A program made the position numbers and the translations under genes. Below, in pieces: positions 51,319 to 55,078 of a DNA stretch of 55,078 nt. Location: IMG/VR virus record IMGVR_UViG_3300043296_000111, positions 1-55,078 of that record; one strand, given 5' to 3'. The stretch comes from a virus. Lineage: Duplodnaviria > Caudoviricetes. Within the stretch, counting starts at the first letter, position 1. The number at the start of each line of letters is the position of its first letter. The notes under the pieces are model-generated. The model was not told where the DNA came from, ran no database searches, and was given only the letters and a program-made list of their open reading frames with translations.

Positions 51319-54056
51319 ACGACCACCAGATCCACGAACCGGACCCCGCCAGTCAGAGCCCACTCACTGTCGTAGCGGTTCGAGAAGGGGATGACCGACC
51401 CGAAGCAACGCACCTTGTGGGTGATCGCGACCCGAACTGCGTCCCCAACGAGGAAGCCCATGCTCGTGATGTTGTGGGAGCTGAAGCCCGACACGTTGGG
51501 TAATGCGACCGTCTCGAAGGTCCAGGGGACGGCTGCGGTGAGGTTCCTGAGGTAGATCTTGGTGCTGTGGTCTCCTGGGGGAACGCCCGCAGCGGTGGGC
51601 CTTGGGCAGGTTCGCAGGCCACCACTCCCAGCAGTTCCGTCCGGTGTGTTCGTATTCTGCCAGAACAAGTTCAGGAAGAAGAAGCCGCCAGCGATAATGA
51701 TACCGGCCTGGCTGATGGCGTCCTGATTTTGCGCGTCAGGACCAGCGTAGCACTGCAAGAGGTTGCTGGCGGGGATCTGGACGTTCGCGCCCTTCGTGAA
51801 CTGCATTTGGTAGGAGTTGAGCTTCTCAATCTGGGGCGCGGGCAGAGCCTCGCCGTCCGTGAAGTTGTCTTGGAATCGGAGCGGGTATCCGGGCGATGCA
51901 GCGTTGTAGGTCGCACGGAAAAACGGGCCCGTAACCCCCGGAACGAAGTCACCCCTGAGTGGAGGCGTTGGGTCCGAGTCGCTCGCGGTGCCATCCGGGG
52001 ACGTCTCAGGACCAGCCTCCTGAACCGTCAAGAAGACGTTGATGTCGAGCAGCTCGTGGCCAGGAGGTAGGATGGTATCGACGTTCATCCGGGAGTCGTT
52101 GCTGTTGAGCATCTCCCAGAGCCCATCGTTGTCACCTACGCGCTCCCTGAGGACGATGGGGTCTGCTATCGTGGTGGTGGATCCCTGACTGGCAACGGGC
52201 CAGTCGTCTGGGTCGCTGGACGTGTAGCCAGGCGAGAACTGCCCGCCCAGGATGTAGCGCATACTGAACTTGTAGTCCGTGAGCGGTTGGATCGCCTTGC
52301 CCGAGGACTGGCTCTCTAAGGTGACCGTGACGATCTGAAAATCCTGGGCATTGGCCGGGACACGCCCGGTGAGTGTGTAGTTCGCCCCACCGTCTTCCGA
52401 GACGTGGATCTCAATGTCTTCAGCGCCGATCTGGCCGACGTTCTCGAAGAGGATCTCCACCTGGATGGCCATCGCCGGGCCGACCCCGAACGCCAGGGTA
52501 GTCGTGGGCTGGAACTGACGGTTGTCTGTGAAGTTGATAGTAGCGGAGGTCGTGCTGAGAGCGATGAGGTTACCGACTGAACCTGACGTTCTCGCTCTAA
52601 GGAGGATGCCATTCGGACCCCCGGATGGGGACGATACCGTGGGGTGTGGTGTCACGGTCGAGGCCGCGTAGTCCACACCAGGAGTGCCCGTCGCGTTCAG
52701 GACGTGGAACAGGTTGGTGTTTGAAGCCTGCCGATCTATCCCGATCTGCAAGTTGCCATCGACGTCCGTCAGCACGGTCTGGTAGGTGTAGACCTTCCCG
52801 TCAATCGTGACCGTATCGCCGTCCAAAACCTGGATGGGAAAATTGGCGTTCGCTTCGGCCTCATCATCGAACACCAGGTCCTCGGGGGCTCCAGCGGGTG
52901 GCCCGCCGCCGCCAGCCTGGGACTGAGTGGAGAAGAACAGGCCAGAGGACTGCGCCACCTCACCCAGCTCGTAGTAGCTCCACCGGGGACGGTTCGGATC
53001 GCGGATAGAGAGAGCGTAGACGCGCTGCCCCCAGACGAACTGCACGACCCTGGTACGCGGGTCATAGGCGGCGAAGGCGTCCTGGGGATCAGACTCAGCC
53101 ACCAGTGAGGCCGGGTCAGGCCCGCCGATGTCGAGCGGTACGGCGATGTCCTTCGACGGCCCGCCCGTCGTGACCCTGGGGCCCTGGGTGGACCAGAAGA
53201 ACACGTTGCCCGCGATGCTCACGGCCAGCCTGCTGCCCACAGCTCCGAAGAGCGAGTCGGCCAGGCGTATGCCGAAGGTGTCGGGGGAGTACCCGAAGAT
53301 CTCGTAGGTCTCCGTCTCCTTGAACACCATCAGGGTGGGGCCCGCACTGCGGCAGACCATCACGGTCTCGCCCTGCTGGCCAGCCTCGAAGAAAGCGAAG
53401 TCCTCGAAGACCCTGCTGTTCCCGGAGTTGCTGACCCTGACCACGTCTCCGCGCACCGGGTCATCGAAGTTGCCGTAGCCCCAGCCGAAGATGTACGACA
53501 GGTGGCGCACGACCCCACGGAAGAAGACGTCCCGCTGGCCGTTGATGCCGTCCAGGTCAGCCTGGAGGTTGGAGAGCTGTGGGTGATCCTCCGGGTCGTA
53601 GACCTGGGTGACGATCCGAGAGGTCGGGTTCGGCTCATCGTGGGCGATGAAGAACTTGTTGTCGGAGTCGGCCCCGATGATGATCGGCGGCTCGAATGTG
53701 ACGCCTCCGTCGAGCGTCCCGAGGAGGCCGACTGCGACTGGTGCCGTCCCGTCGATCAGCATCCGATTGAGCCACACCTCCCGGTTGCTGCCGCCCGTCG
53801 TGTTGTAGCCGACGCCCATGGCTGCGGCCTCGGAGCGCAGCGGTTCGAGCATGACCGTCACATCAAGATCGGTGGGCCCATCATCCTGGAGGACGCTGGC
53901 TACGGCCAGCCCCTGTCGGACCTGTGCCTTGCCGTCGAAGAGGGAGACGTTCCTCAGGTCCTTGAAGCTGGTGGGCCTCACCACCATGACGCCCTTGGAT
54001 CGTTCGAGGCCCTCCCCGTAGGGCAGCGTGAGGATCTTCCGGTCTCTGTCGGCCAT
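51315..54056 (-). CDS. Nozzle-like protein, allele B (913 aa)
   Basis: Homologue of 512..3199 starting MADRDRK; N-terminal part conserved, C-terminal part clearly diverged. Confidence 0.75.
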   Translation of the reverse strand: MADRDRKILTLPYGEGLERSKGVMVVRPTSFKDLRNVSLFDGKAQVRQGLAVASVLQDDGPTDLDVTVMLEPLRSEAAAMGVGYNTTGGSNREVWLNRMLIDGTAPVAVGLLGTLDGGVTFEPPIIIGADSDNKFFIAHDEPNPTSRIVTQVYDPEDHPQLSNLQADLDGINGQRDVFFRGVVRHLSYIFGWGYGNFDDPVRGDVVRVSNSGNSRVFEDFAFFEAGQQGETVMVCRSAGPTLMVFKETETYEIFGYSPDTFGIRLADSLFGAVGSRLAVSIAGNVFFWSTQGPRVTTGGPSKDIAVPLDIGGPDPASLVAESDPQDAFAAYDPRTRVVQFVWGQRVYALSIRDPNRPRWSYYELGEVAQSSGLFFSTQSQAGGGGPPAGAPEDLVFDDEAEANANFPIQVLDGDTVTIDGKVYTYQTVLTDVDGNLQIGIDRQASNTNLFHVLNATGTPGVDYAASTVTPHPTVSSPSGGPNGILLRARTSGSVGNLIALSTTSATINFTDNRQFQPTTTLAFGVGPAMAIQVEILFENVGQIGAEDIEIHVSEDGGANYTLTGRVPANAQDFQIVTVTLESQSSGKAIQPLTDYKFSMRYILGGQFSPGYTSSDPDDWPVASQGSTTTIADPIVLRERVGDNDGLWEMLNSNDSRMNVDTILPPGHELLDINVFLTVQEAGPETSPDGTASDSDPTPPLRGDFVPGVTGPFFRATYNAASPGYPLRFQDNFTDGEALPAPQIEKLNSYQMQFTKGANVQIPASNLLQCYAGPDAQNQDAISQAGIIIAGGFFFLNLFWQNTNTPDGTAGSGGLRTCPRPTAAGVPPGDHSTKIYLRNLTAAVPWTFETVALPNVSGFSSHNITSMGFLVGDAVRVAITHKVRCFGSVIPFSNRYDSEWALTGGVRFVDLVVV

Positions 54057-55078
54057 CAGCTCCAGCCAGTGGGGGGAGCGGGGGGTGCCTGGAAGAACGC
54101 GCCCTGGAGGAAGGCTTCCATCTCCAGGATCTGGGTGTCTGACACTTCGATGTTGTGGCCAGAGTACCACGCGAGCTTCATCGGGGAGCCCTCAAAGAAG
54201 CGGTAGTTGCCGATCATCATCGTAGGATAGGTGATGAGGGTTCCGGTGCCAATCGAACTCCCCACCTCCACCCCGTTCACCCTGATGATCCGACCCCCAT
54301 CTCCGGCCCTGCAAGTGATCTGCAGCCTGTCCCCTTCAGCCACGAGGCCGGGAGCGGTCCTGGTGTTGTCATCGCCGCCGCTGTCGTTGTAGTCGAACGC
54401 CACCGTGCCGTCCTGGAGGATGGCGACCAGGAGGTTCCTGCGGACCCGATTATCGTTCCCACCGAGGAGGACGATGTGGCCTTGCGTGAGGTCGGTCGCT
54501 TCGCATACGAGGAAGACTGTCACGCGCCGTCCTTGGGGGTCTCCCTGTGGCCCGGCGTTGTAGCCGAGCCCAAGGCCACCGTCGAATACGTCCATGCGAC
54601 ACGAGAGGGTGGAGAAGTCCACCACACCCAGCGCCCGGCCATTCGGATCCCAGCCTTTCTCCTCCCAGGTGGGGCGCGGGGAACCGTTGCCGGTTACCGT
54701 TACTGCCCCCGGCACGGTGCTGCCCGAGTCGTCGGGCCAGGTCCCGAAGAAGCCCGACCCCACCGGATTTTCGACAAGCGGGAGGGGCTCAGGCCCCCTG
54801 GAGTCCAGTTCAATCCTCTGCTCCGCGATCACCGGCTGCACGGGAGGATCGACAGCGGCGGTCCAGGGCGTGTCACCAGGGACGATGATGGGAGGGGGCT
54901 CGAACTCCCACTCCGTGCCGATGGAGATCTGGAAGGTAAACGCCAGGAACCTCTCGTACTCTGCGATCTGCTGCGTGGTGAGGAGTCCCCCGAACGCCGC
55001 GAAGTAGACGATCAGCCGGTCTAGGCCACCGACCACACCGACGCCCGGCCCAGCCTGCTGTGGCTGAGACTCGCCCAG
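54056..55078 (-). CDS. LamG-like tail protein, allele B, 5'-truncated by the window end
   Basis: Homologue of the C-terminal part of 3199..5763. Confidence 0.75.
   Translation of the reverse strand: MGESQPQQAGPGVGVVGGLDRLIVYFAAFGGLLTTQQIAEYERFLAFTFQISIGTEWEFEPPPIIVPGDTPWTAAVDPPVQPVIAEQRIELDSRGPEPLPLVENPVGSGFFGTWPDDSGSTVPGAVTVTGNGSPRPTWEEKGWDPNGRALGVVDFSTLSCRMDVFDGGLGLGYNAGPQGDPQGRRVTVFLVCEATDLTQGHIVLLGGNDNRVRRNLLVAILQDGTVAFDYNDSGGDDNTRTAPGLVAEGDRLQITCRAGDGGRIIRVNGVEVGSSIGTGTLITYPTMMIGNYRFFEGSPMKLAWYSGHNIEVSDTQILEMEAFLQGAFFQAPPAPPTGWS

Larger units (their letters stand above)
50807..55078. repeat. Tail-module allele B (diverged copy of 1-4224)
   Basis: Colinear homologues of the three genes at the window start. 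Confidence 0.95.

Noticed and set aside
1-55078. CRISPR array, rRNA, IS element, integrase, DNA/RNA polymerase, tape-measure or sheath genes
   Set aside because: No regular repeat-spacer pattern or diagnostic motifs seen by eye.

Overview
This window is an essentially complete, GC-rich, ~50.9-kb tailed-phage genome of podovirus-like architecture. The minus-strand virion arm (26.0 kb down to 1, wrapping to 55.1 down to 42.2 kb) encodes a TerS candidate, TerL, fibre-like proteins, portal, scaffold, major capsid protein, three adaptor-like paralogues, a nozzle-like protein, three ejection-like proteins and an M15 endolysin. The plus-strand early/middle arm (26.1-42.2 kb) has four sigma70-like promoters, many small ORFs, two PAPS-reductase-like proteins, a TGT/DpdA-like protein, a C5 methyltransferase, DUF932, YqaJ/RecT, a replication initiator, DnaB and VRR-NUC. 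Bases 1-4224 and 50807-55078 are two diverged alleles of one tail module; the last 127 bp exactly repeat 4098-4224, which suggests a circular genome assembled through a strain bubble. The most unusual signals are: (1) five intergenic tRNA 'top-half' mimics (GGG-TTCGA[C/G]T-CCC T-arm on an acceptor-like helix), each between a stop codon and the next ribosome-binding site; (2) a zeta-toxin domain inside the 1887-aa ejection protein, followed by a nested out-of-frame 70-codon ORF with its own Shine-Dalgarno; (3) a XerCD dif-like site in a genome with no recognisable integrase. All family assignments come from motif recognition by eye, not database searches.
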